A DNA stretch of 63,840 nucleotides, filler included, from Licmophora abbreviata (Eukaryota), in the NCBI GenBank assembly GCA_900291995.1. It is 17 parts of 17 records of this genome, joined end to end, with 100 filler letters (N's around TTAATTAATTAA, not from the genome) between each part and the next. Parts side by side here need not be neighbours in the genome. Positions count along the whole stretch, not along the records: positions 48,749 to 49,877 come from OLMU01004019.1; positions 49,978 to 55,961 come from OLMU01004020.1; positions 56,062 to 57,438 come from OLMU01004021.1; positions 57,539 to 59,851 come from OLMU01004022.1; positions 59,952 to 62,488 come from OLMU01004024.1; positions 62,589 to 63,840 come from OLMU01004038.1; 11 more parts are not named here. One strand, 5' to 3'. The notes below the pieces were generated by a model that saw only the letters and a program-made list of their open reading frames with translations, was not told the DNA's origin and did no database searches. Shown here piece by piece: positions 49,345-63,840 of this stretch. Position numbers and translations under genes: made by a program. Numbering within the stretch: position 1 is the stretch's first letter; every line of letters starts with the position of its first letter.

Positions 49345-50052
49345 GGTGCGTTGAGATCAGAAAGGACATGAAGAATGAGACGTAGAGGCGCTCCTCTTTG
49401 TCGCAAAAATTCCCCTCTGGCGAGTTTTGGGTTTCATTACGCCCTAAGAGAATGTCCAAATACTTATCCCACGAAAATTTATACTGGGATTTATGTAGCA
49501 AAAGCGAGCCTTCTCTACGTATGTAGAATCATACCATTAAGAGGCCTAAGTAAACGTGCCCAACGCACTTGCGTGGCAGTACGTTGCCTATGTATCAAAA
49601 TTTCACAATTTCGATTCACAATATCTGCTGGCCATTCACTCTGTCCAAATAGACAGTCCAACCCTAAGGTCACAAGATGACATCGTAAAATGACCCAAAA
49701 GTATCTCGCGGCCTAAGTAAATGGAGCCCCGAGGAAGATATCCTGGAAGGGAAAAGACCCAGTGACCCAAAGAGAATCTATGCATCGTTGGATAACATCC
49801 ATTGCCAAGACAAACACTCAGATGTCTCAACGCTCCCAATATCATAGGTACAAGGATCTGTACGGGTACTTGTACCANNNNNNNNNNNNNNNNNNNNNNN
49901 NNNNNNNNNNNNNNNNNNNNNTTAATTAATTAANNNNNNNNNNNNNNNNNNNNNNNNNNNNNNNNNNNNNNNNNNNNAATAGTGTGGTTCCATGGTCTAC
50001 CGGCACCGACAGATTGCGGTGTGTTTCTCCCATCAAGCTTCCAATAAAAATA

Positions 50053-51663
50053 CTAAATCGGAACCGGTTCCTTTCTATCCCCTAATCGCGTCAGATATAC
50101 AAATGCATCCGTTCCGTACCCTTCCATACTCATGATGCTCAAATCTCCGCCAAAGTAACGACAGTAACTCCGGCTGATCGGTAGGCCGTAACCCAGACCC
50201 GCCAATGGCGAGTCAATACCATGATCGACACCTTGGTTCAAGGCCACCATGCCCTCTTGGACCGCGGGATCGGCCGTCGTAAAGAGGTAGCTCCAAATCA
50301 ACTTCATGTTACTGCGTGGAATACCGCCTCCTTCATCCGAAACCTTGATGACAACGTCTTCGTTGTCCTTGCCATCGGCAATGACCACCTTGATCGCGGG
50401 AAAGTCACCATCGATGCCGTGCCAATCGACTGTTGCGCGCATACTGTTCTTCAATAATTCGAGCATAATGTAGTCTGAGCAGCGAGTAGGAAAATGTGAT
50501 GCCATGTGAGTCTACAGCGACAGGAACCTCAGGAAATCGATTGAATCGCTCGTGAGGACGCCTCCTTACACGAACCCACCCACTTACGTAAATGAGTCGG
50601 CACGTAGGGAAACGTCATGTCGAGCCGGCCACTCATGATAACTTCCGGTGCATCTCCATACTTCCTCGTACACATGAACGCCGCATCATCAATCGCTCTT
50701 GTGACCACTTCATACGGTGATGTCAAACTACAAATGATGCCAACGTAATTGTCCACCGGCGGCTGCCGCAAGGCCAAATATTGCCCAATCAAGACACGAA
50801 TTCCAATACGACATAGATAGAACCTGTCGAGGAAGTCGTGCATGTCTTCCATTAGATGGAAGTTCACAACGCCGTCACTCGTACATCCTTTGGGCTGAAT
50901 TTCTCCCGTCTGAATGGCTTTGCGAAACTCAAAGGCTCCTCGTGCCATTTGCACCAACACTTTCGAATGACGCTCGTAAATTCGTTCGACCAAATGAGCA
51001 AACTGCTCTTCCAGTTCGGGAGTCGTGATCTTTTCTTCAAACTTTGTGAGCTCATCAAACGATTGTACGTAGAGTTCTTTCACGCCCTTGACACTTGCCA
51101 TGTCGCGCATGTGTGGGACACGTTCCAAATCTTGAATGCGATGCGCCAATCGAATGGGAAGTTCGTGACGCAAAAAGCCAGCGACCTGAGAGCGAATTGA
51201 ATCACAGCGAGCAAATCCAGCAAGAGAGAGAGTGAACCGTGAGTGGACTGAGGTTTAACGGCGAGAACTTCCGAGGTCATTCGTCTTCCTGTGATCGAAT
51301 TCTTACTTGAATCAAGACACGTTCCGTGGCGACTTGAGAATCTTTCGTCGACTCTTCGCCCTTGTAGGTCTTGTGCAGGTATTCTCCTCGTCCCGTCCGC
51401 ATCAATGCTTGCAAAGATACGGACGTCTGTGGCTCATGCGCATGCTTGTAGATGAGACGCGACGTCTCTTCCGAGACCCCCTCAAAGGCAATTTCGGAAG
51501 TTGATGATGCCGAACGCTTGAATCGACGCTGTGTCACAATCGACGCACTTGGAGGCACCAGATTTCGAAATTGAGCAACTCTAGAGGTAGTTCGAAGGAC
51601 GCTGTGCCCTCCAGAGCGAGGAAATGGGAGAAAGGAGCGCAACATGGTGCCGCTCCTCTTCAT
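50053..51663 (-). CDS. PDK: Mitochondrial pyruvate dehydrogenase kinase
   Basis: ELPIRLAHRI, FLDRFY..RIGIRVL, ELLKNSMRA, SDEGGG and AGLGYGLPISR motifs; introns 51186-51306 and 50475-50587; Arg/Ser-rich presequence. Confidence 0.95.
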
Positions 51664-51803
51664 GGAACACGCTGTATACGACGCCGACCGCAGAAAAAAT
51701 CCCGATGGTTTTCCACCACGGGGAATTTGGAATCTTCCGAGTTCACGTGCTTGAAGGAGTGAAGGTAACCCAGGGAAAACGTTGCGGGATACAGCCAGAC
51801 GTC

Positions 51804-51846
51804 GAAATCTGAAATCTGAAATCTGAAAGATTGAAATCTGAAATCT
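51804..51846. repeat. GAAATCT heptamer tandem repeat in divergent promoter
   Basis: gaaatct x3, gaaagatt, gaaatct x2, located between PDK and the next gene. Confidence 0.8.
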
Positions 51847-51996
51847 TGGTCTCAGAAAAGCTTCAAGAGATGACGCGACGACCGACAACGGCATTCTCAT
51901 CGTGCATGCCCAAGGACGCAAAGAACTGTGCTCTGTCGCTGGCACTCATCCGCATCTGAGATAATCTGTGCTCCTGTCCTCTGAGCCCCGAAAAGA

Positions 51997-53253
51997 ATGA
52001 ATCCAAAACGAAGAAGAAGGAGACGAATTTGCCGTTCTTCCGTGTGTGCCGCCAGTCGGTCGTCTCTTGCGCGGTTGACTTTGGCGTTCGCAATCATGGC
52101 CGCAATAACGTCCGCGCGGATGGCTCTTGCTACAGACAGTGGTGCAGAAGAAAGTGTTGCGAGGCCGGAAGTTCCGGTGGAGGCCCACGAAGAGCAAGGC
52201 GAGAATAGTAATGGGGCCAGCGAGGAGCAGTCGGCAGACTCGGCCACTGGAAATCCGCGATGTCGCTGGGGCGAGCACTGTCCCGACGGAAGCATGGGCG
52301 CGACCACTACTGCTACCAGCCCTGCAGCCAATACAGCATCCCCGCTCACAGACCACGACAATTCGTCTCATGTCGACACTTCGGCAGCTGCCTTTCTCAA
52401 ACCACCTTCCTCTCGGACCGCGTCGTCATCATCATCGAATGGGCCTCCCGAAGGGTTCGTACTGACAGCACGAGTTTACACGGATCCTGACGACAAGATG
52501 GCCCATTTTGACAATGATATCCATACGACCTTACCCTATTGGGAATGCGGTGTGGCTGGATCTACCACGTCTCCACTGATGATCAAGCATGCCTACTTTC
52601 GACACGCGCTCAGTGGTTCACAGCCCTGGAGTGGCACAGAGTACGGACCACATCCGCAATTATTGATTCCTCTGAAGCCGCTTGAGTTGCAACTCAACAG
52701 CGGCGAGCACCAGTCCTTCCAACCGGGGGCTGTGATTTTGTTGGAAGATGTCTTGTCGGCAGGACACAAACTGAAAGCATTGAAGGATGACATGGCGATT
52801 CTACTCTTGACGCTACCGCAGCACTACCATCATGTCGGCAAGGACCGCGTATCACTGCTACCCGCTACCAAACGAAAGGGACGGGATCCGTGTCCGAATC
52901 CATCGTTTCCCGGCGATCGGAATACCATGAACGGTATAGTGCTGTTCTCATCGGACACGGTTCGAAAGACGCTATTCGGGACTGTCGGCTTGGGACTGTC
53001 TTCGTTGTTTGCCATATTCTTGGGCAAGGTGGCGCCACTCTGGTTGTCGGTGGGCGTCGGTGGCATATGTTTTGTCGTTGGGGGCACGTGTGCGACGGTG
53101 GCATGTGGCGAGTACGTGACGCAAGAAATGGAAATTTGGTACGAAAAGCGACGATTGAAGCTGGAGGAAGAAGAAGGAGGAGGAAAGCTGTCGCACGAAA
53201 TGATGATGGACAGTGAGACTGTTGCTGGTGATCGATTGCAGCGCGTCTCGTAG
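51997..53253 (+). CDS. Secretory/membrane protein with cupin-like domain
   Basis: Hydrophobic N-terminal signal, PHPQLLI...GE...F.PG.VILLED...GH cupin-like motif, two C-terminal TM segments. Confidence 0.65.
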   Translation: MNPKRRRRRRICRSSVCAASRSSLARLTLAFAIMAAITSARMALATDSGAEESVARPEVPVEAHEEQGENSNGASEEQSADSATGNPRCRWGEHCPDGSMGATTTATSPAANTASPLTDHDNSSHVDTSAAAFLKPPSSRTASSSSSNGPPEGFVLTARVYTDPDDKMAHFDNDIHTTLPYWECGVAGSTTSPLMIKHAYFRHALSGSQPWSGTEYGPHPQLLIPLKPLELQLNSGEHQSFQPGAVILLEDVLSAGHKLKALKDDMAILLLTLPQHYHHVGKDRVSLLPATKRKGRDPCPNPSFPGDRNTMNGIVLFSSDTVRKTLFGTVGLGLSSLFAIFLGKVAPLWLSVGVGGICFVVGGTCATVACGEYVTQEMEIWYEKRRLKLEEEEGGGKLSHEMMMDSETVAGDRLQRVS

Positions 53254-53607
53254 TATTGAGAAAGTGGTCGACTCTGCTGTTACGAGAGGCCACTACGCCA
53301 ATTCTTCTTTTCCAGAGTGACACCCAAGTGTCACACTTTGGTGCTTGAGTTCGTACACTACGGTAGTCTAAACAATACAAGGTGGACAAAGAGCGTTCTA
53401 CCGCATCCTCATCGGGAAAGGGAACAAAAGTGTCAAAACGGATTAATTTAGTTGTTCTCGACAGTAAATAAGTCGATCAAAAGTTGAGCGACCATGGCCC
53501 CAAGCATGTGTGCATTCCCTCTCCAACCACGTACTGAACACACCACATGAAAAAGAGAGCAACACTATAAGCTCCATGCAACGATACAATCAATCGCACT
53601 TGCTCAT

Positions 53608-56507
53608 TTACTCCTTTGCAAAGCCTTTACTTTTGCCCTTGGGACCTTTTCCTCTTGTGGCAACGTTATACGATTCCGCTCCAAACTCGTTGGAAATAAA
53701 TTTCTTGAAAGAAGCACTGTACCAACGATTCTTAATGTGGTTTTCAGATCGGGAAGAGTTAAAGAAGCGAGTGCTAATCTCCACCCACCGCTTGCCACAG
53801 ACCTTGTTACCCTCCCAAAGAAGAAGATCGTCCTCTCGAGAGAAAGGCAAGTGATTGATGTGCGGGTTCAAGTGATTCACCCACCTATCGCGGATCTGTT
53901 TGCCGACGCGACCAGGGAGTCGATTCGCCAGGTCTGACCAACGTGTGAAGGGCTGCTCCGTCGATGTGGTGACGGCCTCCACCACGATAGCATCTTCTTG
54001 ATCGGTCCACTGGCCCTTCCGGACGCCAGGTTTGAGATAACGGATCCAGCGCTCGTGACATTCCTTGGCACTGGTATGCGAGGAAGTGGGAGCCAAAGTA
54101 TGTGAGAAACATGCGCAACAATCGATGCCGTGCGAGATCAGAGGCAGCAATAAAAATACTTACGTCTTTCCTCGACCGTGCTCTTTCGCAATCGGCTCCC
54201 AATTTCGAGGATTCTTGTACTTCTTCATGACCAAAGAGAGTTTACTATCATCCTCCTTGGACCAGCCATAGATGCCAGGATTCTGCTTTGCGATGAGGCT
54301 CGGGTCGACTGATACATGCTGCTGCATCGGCGGTCTGGATGAAGACATAAGATACACAGGGACGGGAGGGGCGCGTCTCGTCAACGTCTGGTTCGAAGGA
54401 GCGTTGAAGTCGCGCGGCGGCGGGAATCCATGTGCAGGCCCTGGAGGCGACGTGCGAGGCGCGTCTTCAGAGTAGTTGCGCGTCACAGGTTGCATGCGAG
54501 GGTCGTCTCTAAAGCGCACTGATCTCGGAGGAAGGCGCTGAAATCCAGCTGGCATGGAGTTCGTTGATCCCCACGAAGGTGCATGAGGAGGGAACTGACC
54601 CTTGTATGGACCAGGGGGGCCGCCGTGATGAGGCGCCGGTGGATATGCCATATCCATGCTGTCCGAATGACCAAAACTGCCGTGGTAATGCCCTCCATCA
54701 AATGACTGGTTTCGAGACTCGGCCATTGCCGGATACATTCCCTGTCCTGTATGGTGAGCGCCAACGTGAGGGGGAAGCCCGCCCATTTTCCCCTCGTTGA
54801 AGCCAAGGTTACTTCCGCTGTTCGCGAGCATGGGGTATTCCTGTGTGAAGCTAAAATTAGGCATGAGAGGGCCATGACTTCCTCCACCGAAACTGTCTTG
54901 TCCCTGAAGCTCCCAGGACGGGAGCGACTGCCCAAGTCCGTCCCGGGGATGGCCTTCGGCGCCAGGAGTTGTCGTAGATGTCGACGAGGAAGGACGGGGC
55001 GGAAGCGGGGGATATCCGCCACCTCTGGAAGAAGCTGATTCCAAGGAATAGGAATACGACGGAGGATGGAAGGCGACTCCAGGAGAAGCGGTCAGGCTAT
55101 GAGAGGAGCTGCGTTGGTGCCGCGGCATTAGTTTCTGCGCCCCGTCTTGCCTCTCCTGCTTGTCCGCTGACGGGGACGTTGGGGGGCTGCAGGTAATCGA
55201 CAGAGGAGAGCCCTTCTTGGCGTCACCTTTTACAGTCCGTTCCATACGGCTGCGCTTAGCTTGCGGCTGATCGGCGTCTTCCAGGACTCGTTTTGACGCT
55301 CCGTCGTCATCAGTCGACATGTGAACACTCGTGAGAGATTCGCCACGGCGATGTCCATCAGGAAAGCTATGAAGCAGACCGCTGCTACCACTGTGGCACT
55401 TCATCAGATCAAGCGACTCAGCTGCAGATGCCGAGCCGGGGCTCAGTCGCTCGGCATTACCCTGTTTGCCTTCCTGTTCGGTGCGGATCTTTTCCTGAAG
55501 CGAGGCCACGGAAGAGAGCGAGTCGAGCGATGTGATCTTGGTTCCAGCGAGAGGCTTCGCCCCTGGTTCTTTGCCCTCTACGGGCGAGCTGGTCAATGAC
55601 GACGAGGCCGACGCAATCCGCTTGTCCGTTGGTGAAGTCTGACCGTCTGCTTTGACCATTCGAGCTGCCATTGCGTCCTCGTCGACACTCGTAACCTGCT
55701 TCAACTGCTTCCACGAATCATCGTCTCCTAACGAGCCCATTCCGTCTAAGGAGTTCTTCCTCACCGGTTCAGCAAAGTATTTTGGGTCAACATGTGGCGG
55801 CAGCCTGCCCTCGGGATGGGAGCTGCGGTCAAAGGAACTCGACACGGCACGTGAGAACGCACCCGTTGAAGTTGCTTGCTGATCGACGAACCTCATGTCG
55901 TACGGAGTATACTGCTGCGACTCATTATAAACACCATGATGAGGGAAGTGAGGCGGCCCTCNNNNNNNNNNNNNNNNNNNNNNNNNNNNNNNNNNNNNNN
56001 NNNNNTTAATTAATTAANNNNNNNNNNNNNNNNNNNNNNNNNNNNNNNNNNNNNNNNNNNNTGTTGATCGCGAGGCAGCTCGGACATCATTGGCCGACGA
56101 GGAAATGGGTTCTTCTCCTGCACTGGAAATGACCCGTCCTCCTTTCGCTCGGGCGTAATTTTCTGATTGCCTTCGACGCCATCGCCGGGCGGTGGACTCG
56201 GGTCGTCGCGTGTTCCACCCGCAGTAGAGGACGCCCCTACCGTCTTGTTGGCGTGCTTGGGAGTGTTGGCCTGGACGAACGACGACGTCGATTCAGCATC
56301 GCGACGTTCCACTGGAGATTGATCTTCATTCGATTCTTCTTCATTCGATTCTTCCCTCTTCTTGGCCGCATCGACTGTGATAATGATTGGTGGACTCTGC
56401 TTGGTGGAAGACGAAGGCGCCTTGTCTGAAGACTGTTTCATGGGCGAGGACTTCGCTGTCGTCGACCCAACGGCCGTCTCGACAAGCTCTTCCTTCTCTT
56501 TCACCAT
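53608..56507 (-). CDS. Three-repeat MYB transcription factor (spans gap)
   Basis: C-terminal repeats WSKEDD..W..ECHERW, WTDQED..W..QIRDRW and FSREDD..W..IKNRW; intron 54071-54163; long disordered N-terminus. Confidence 0.9.
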
Positions 56508-57603
56508 TGCTGAGGAAAGACAAGACGAACGGTCCAATGATAACAAAAGCGACGCGAAGAATGTGAGGATGACGGATGATGGCTTGGATTCGGACGCATC
56601 CCGCGAAAACAGCGAGACAGTTTCAAATCGGACAAGATTTGGGGATTCAAATTTGAATCACGCGTAGAAACTCTACTCCCGGGTACTGGAGATCGTTGCA
56701 CAAGGTACGTACTGTCTAGAGCAGTTCGATTTCATAAAAAACCGTATAATCTGAATATCTATATACTGCATGTGCGAGCTCTCTCATGTTTTGGCGAGAT
56801 TTCGTCGATCCATCCAGCGAGATGCTCGTTGAGCGGCACTATGACGATCGATCGTCGCCGATAGTCACCGCCATGCTCTGCCTACGAGTATCAATCACAA
56901 TAGAAAGAATGAGTGCTTACCTTTCTCGGCTTCAGTGTCTCTCGGATGACTTGGCGGAACAAACGAGTTCACTCACAAAAGACACAGGCGTTGGCACTGG
57001 GCGTTGAAGGGGGATGCGTTCGATGATGCGTTCAACTGATGAAAAATGAGCCGTGCAACGGATCGAAGTGTCATAGAATGGGCTCTCTGTTGGCGACCAA
57101 TGCATGTGTGCGTCGAGCAATTAACGACGACAGTATGTACCGGCATGCTTTTGAGAGACGTTGAGTTTGGCGGGAAGTGGCCGTCTCAAAATAGTATCAA
57201 AAGGTAAGAATTGTACGTGGGACTGTACTTAGCTAATGTTTTCTATAATGCTACAATACTTAATACAAGTATTAACCGATACGCTCCGTTGTGGCACGAC
57301 TCGACACGATTTGGCGATACTAGCGTCTGTCTGTCTGGTCCCATCCCAATTTGCAAGTTTGATGATGGCGCCAAACTTTGTGACGCTCGAAAAAGCCAGT
57401 TCAGTTTTTTTCAAGCATCAAGCTGTCGACCATGGCAGNNNNNNNNNNNNNNNNNNNNNNNNNNNNNNNNNNNNNNNNNNNNTTAATTAATTAANNNNNN
57501 NNNNNNNNNNNNNNNNNNNNNNNNNNNNNNNNNNNNNNCTGGCTGCATTGCAATCTACGGCGTCTAAACTTTATTTTGGTTATATCACAAGCAAGAGTTT
57601 TTT

Positions 57604-59851
<2,248 letters not shown>

Positions 59852-59951
59852 NNNNNNNNNNNNNNNNNNNNNNNNNNNNNNNNNNNNNNNNNNNNTTAAT
59901 TAATTAANNNNNNNNNNNNNNNNNNNNNNNNNNNNNNNNNNNNNNNNNNNN

Positions 59952-61573
59952 ATTTGCCATTCGCATGCACGGAAGAGGAACTCAGGGAACACTTTTCCTC
60001 ATATGGAATCGTAACGTCGTGTCATCTTTCTGTGGACGATCAAAAGCGCAACAAGGGGTTTGGCTTTGTCGCTTTCGCAGAGAGCACAGCTGCCCAACAG
60101 GCCCTTGGAGAGCTGGATGGGACAGACTTTCAGGGTCGGCTGCTACACGTGCTTCCGGCGCGACGGGGACCAAATGAGAATATAGACGAAGAGGGACTTG
60201 ATGAATCGAACTTGACGTACAAGCAAAAACAGGAGCTGGCACGAAAGAAGGATGCAACCAAGTCCAGTCAAGGCTGGTCGGCCAGTTTTGTTCGTGGCGA
60301 TGCTGTCGTTGACAGTCTGGCAGAGCGTTTGGGGCTCAACAAGGGCGATATACTCAATGTGAAAGAAGGTCTGTCATCAGGAGATGCTGCTGTTCGCCTG
60401 GCATTGGGCGAAACACACATTATTGAAGAGAACCGGGAGTACTTTCGCAAGGAAGGGATCGATATGGACGCACTCGTGTCGGCCAACGGAGAGGGCGACG
60501 GCACCAATGTGAAGCGAAGCAGCACGAGAATTCTAGTGAAGAATCTACCGTACGAGACGCAAGTGGAAGAACTGACGAAATTGTTTCATGGCGCGGGCGG
60601 TGATCCACCTGTTCGTATTCTATTGCCTCCGTCGAGAACCATCGCCATGGTCGAGTATGGTCACTCCACGGACGCACGTCGAGCCTTTCGCAAACTTGCG
60701 TACAAGAGGTTCAAACATGTTCCACTTTACCTAGAATGGGCCCCACTTTCAGCCACAGTCAAAGCAAAAGACAGTGGCAGCGATATTGCCGAGCGGCCTG
60801 AGAAATCATCTCCGGTTGTCGCAGACCGAGAACAAAACGCGGGGGTGGTGCCTCAGGAGGACACCGAAGTGGAACTAGACTCGTCGTCTCACACTATATA
60901 CGTGAAGAACCTTAATTTTACCACTACCGACGCCGACCTCCGAAAGGCATTCTCCAAACACGTCAAGACGATACGCGCCGTCAAGATTCCCACCAAGACG
61001 GCTCCTGTCAAACAAGCGCGGGGTAGAAGTGCCAGTCAGGCCGAAGTGACGACGACATTGTCCATGGGATACGGGTTTGTCGAGTGCGATTCGGCCGAGT
61101 CTGTCCGCAAAGCCATCAAGGCCCTACAGGGTGCGATTCTGGACGGCCATGCGCTCGAGTTGAAGCGATCCACCAAGGGAATCTCGACGACGGGTAAACA
61201 GTCACACTCTTCTCTTCACTCCAGTTCCAACAAGAACCCGACAAAACTCATGGTTCGGAACGTTCCATTCCAAGCGACTCGCAAGGAGCTGCTGGAACTA
61301 TTCGGCTCGTTTGGTCAGCTCAAGAAAGTGCGATTGCCAAAGAAGTTTGACGGGACGCACCGCGGTTTTGCATTTGTAGAGTACCTGACACACCAAGAAG
61401 CCAAGGCGGCGATGAACACCTTGTCGCGAACTCACTTGTACGGCCGACACCTGGTGCTGGAATGGGCAAGCGACAAGGATGATGTCGATGCATTGCGAGA
61501 AAAGGCCAAGCGCGATGTTGTATCCCAGGACGGAGCAGCGGCGAAGAACAAAAAGATTCGATTCAATTACTAG
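59952..61573 (+). CDS. MRD1: Multiple-RRM rRNA processing protein MRD1/RBM19, 5'-truncated
   Basis: Four visible RRMs, AAVRLALGETH, PLYLEWAP, SMGYGFVE, HLYGRHLVLEWA. Confidence 0.93.
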
Positions 61574-62132
61574 ACTAGTTCCTGTCTCTACTCGCTCTCT
61601 CTACTCTAGAAAGTATTTTTTTACACCACTACTGCACGTTCATCAAAGCGCACGAGCAGAAAGAGCGGGACCGTCCTTAGTACTTTGAACGTTGTGATGT
61701 TCCCCTTTAGCAACATTTCGAAGGTATGGGTAGGTTCCAGGTCTATGAGTATGCCGGTCAAGAGTGTGCGTCGCCGCTTTTTCTAGCGAAACAAGTATCA
61801 TAGGATGATATAATACAGTTTACATGATACTATACAGCAAGAACTATCATCACGGATTGTGCTTAACACACAATGACCAATGCGGAAGGCGGGCGTGAGT
61901 TAAACCGTAGCGGACGTACAAAATATACCGAGAGAGCAATGACCTTTGAAATGGGCGCGCCTCTTCGCGGTGCTGCAGTAAATATAGTCTACGGATCTCT
62001 CACAGTTTTGTGGCAGAGCACCGCGGCGGAGAGTCTACGTCGTCGGGAGCAAGTCTGCTGTTGGCGGTGTCGTCGTCGCTGTTTTCTCTCGTTTGCAGCT
62101 TGTTTCCTTCCCCCCTGCCCCCTCCCCTCAGT

Positions 62133-62396
62133 ATGACGTCCCCAGATTCCCTCATGACCGGCCAATCGGACTCCGAACGGCGCCGCATTCGACAAGCGCA
62201 GCGCGCACTCCACAAGCGCATGCACGACCAAGAGGAGGCGATGGAAAATGCCGACAACAGCAATCTAGAAGAGGCGCGTTCTCAGAACAATCGCATCTGG
62301 AAGAACGTCAGGTACACCAGAGAGGCCGTGCTGGACGGAGAGAACCTCGATGTCATTGCGGCGCGTGCAGCGCGGCAGGTCGACAAGTTGGTGCAA
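62133..62396 (+). CDS. NSE4: SMC5/6 kleisin Nse4, first exon
   Basis: ERRRIRQAQRAL...VRYTREAVLD N-terminal motif, then a gtaagt donor at 62397 and the gap. Confidence 0.7.
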
Positions 62397-62588
62397 GTAA
62401 GTGTGCCAGCAGTATCATACCGTGCAAGTACTAGTATAGTACTACCGCAGTCTCTCTCGATCCTTTTTGGGCACTCACCGCGTCTCGANNNNNNNNNNNN
62501 NNNNNNNNNNNNNNNNNNNNNNNNNNNNNNNNTTAATTAATTAANNNNNNNNNNNNNNNNNNNNNNNNNNNNNNNNNNNNNNNNNNNN

Positions 62589-63840
62589 TCTGAACTTGTT
62601 TTGGGAACTGAGCTCGCACGTCGTCTTTCCTTGCGGCGCTCACCTGGCACCTCAGAACGGCCTCGTCGGACAGAGCTGGACGTCCCACCGCTGGCCCTCT
62701 CCCTCTCCTTAGCGCGGCGTCTCTCCTTATCCTTCCTGGAAGTAGATTTTGTAGAAGTATCCGAGCTTGGGCGAATCTTTCGCTCTTCCTTGCCGGTCTT
62801 GAGCTTCCGATGGCCTTCCCAGTCTGCCCTACTTGTGGAATCCACATCCACAGGGAGAACTATTTCGACCGACATAGCCCCCCGGCTCCTGAGGCTAGGC
62901 TCTCGAGCGATAAACTCAAAACGCTCAGAAGTACTTCGATTCTGCAAAGAGGGCCTTGATGAACTCTCGTTTCTCTCCTTCTCTTTGGACTTCTTCTTTT
63001 TCTTTTTCTTTGATTTCTTCTTTGTTTTGGATTTGCTCTCATTGTGTGTATCTGCATCTTCTTGTTCTACATCGCACATCACCTCGCGCTTGCTACGTGT
63101 GTCTCGGGCTTTCAGCTTGGCATTCACGAGAGGTCTCGGCTGACTGTCACTGGGACTCCAAGGCCTACTTGTAATCGATGTTGCAAGACCCAACCGACTC
63201 GTTTTTCCAGGGACTGGTTGACCTCCGATGCGCAGCGAGCTCTTCTCTGAGTGTGACCGGGCCAAACATGTCCGACGGTCAGTTTTCTTGGATTCCGACG
63301 TGGCTTGGAGCGGAGCTACAAGGGGCTGGCGAGGCACCTCCTTGTTGCTGGACGACTTCTTGATCTTTTTCCGAGTCGAGGCCTTGTGCTCTTTTGTTCT
63401 ACCCGAGGTGTTTCCGAAGTGCCCAGACAACGAGGAGGCCTCAGAGGAATCATCGATATCGATAACAAGGTTGTGAAGCTTCGGATCGTCGTCCCTTTTG
63501 TATTTCTTCTTCTTGCTCTCAGATCCGAGATGGGCCACATCTTTGTCTGTACTTCGCCGTTCGATCTCCAGTGAAGGCGAAGAAGGAACCTTCGCTTCTA
63601 CTTTTTCCCCGAGATGGGCTACAGCTTTGCCTGTATTCGACCGCTCGACCTCCAGTGAAGGTGACGAAGGAACCTTCGCCTCCGATTTTGACCTTTTGCT
63701 CTTCTTTTTCTTTTTCGTTTTCTCAGCACCAGCCCCTGAAGCCGTTTCCGATACACCTTCTTCCAACGTTTGTGCGGTCTTTGGCGCCGTCCGTTTTTCT
63801 CGCGTATTCTCCAGCATTGCAAACAGGTCTTCAAACTCAT
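62589..63840 (-). CDS. Lys/Ser/Arg-rich low-complexity protein (partial)
   Basis: Uninterrupted ORF of more than 400 aa with poly-Lys tracts and a duplicated 28-aa unit. Confidence 0.6.

Noticed and set aside
49345..49877. AT-richer intergenic tract as a possible diatom centromere
   Set aside because: Short, truncated by a gap and only mildly AT-rich by eye; cannot be supported without a GC-window scan or CENH3 data.

Overview
Eukaryotic nuclear DNA, most likely from a diatom (stramenopile with a complex red-algal plastid). The genes are compact with short GT-AG introns, two proteins carry bipartite ASAFAP plastid-targeting signals, and there is an IDI-squalene synthase fusion and a signal-peptide-bearing CDC48 (SELMA type). 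Sixteen artificial 100-nt N/TTAATTAATTAA spacers break the window; several genes continue across them, so contig order seems largely preserved. About 29 protein genes and one tRNA-Leu(AAG) are supported. Most interesting: (i) a cluster of three plasmepsin-V-like aspartic protease paralogs, one lacking both catalytic Asp, with fucosyltransferase-like genes and a metzincin nearby, possibly a secretory RxL-propeptide processing and glycosylation locus; (ii) two tandem paralogs of an uncharacterised CxxC-H-C zinc-knuckle plus C-terminal helical-domain family; (iii) a LUC7 homolog with both zinc fingers eroded; (iv) a ~21-bp minisatellite in two arrays. Two single-base frameshifts are probably sequencing errors. 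All calls come from reading motifs by eye; no database searches were run.
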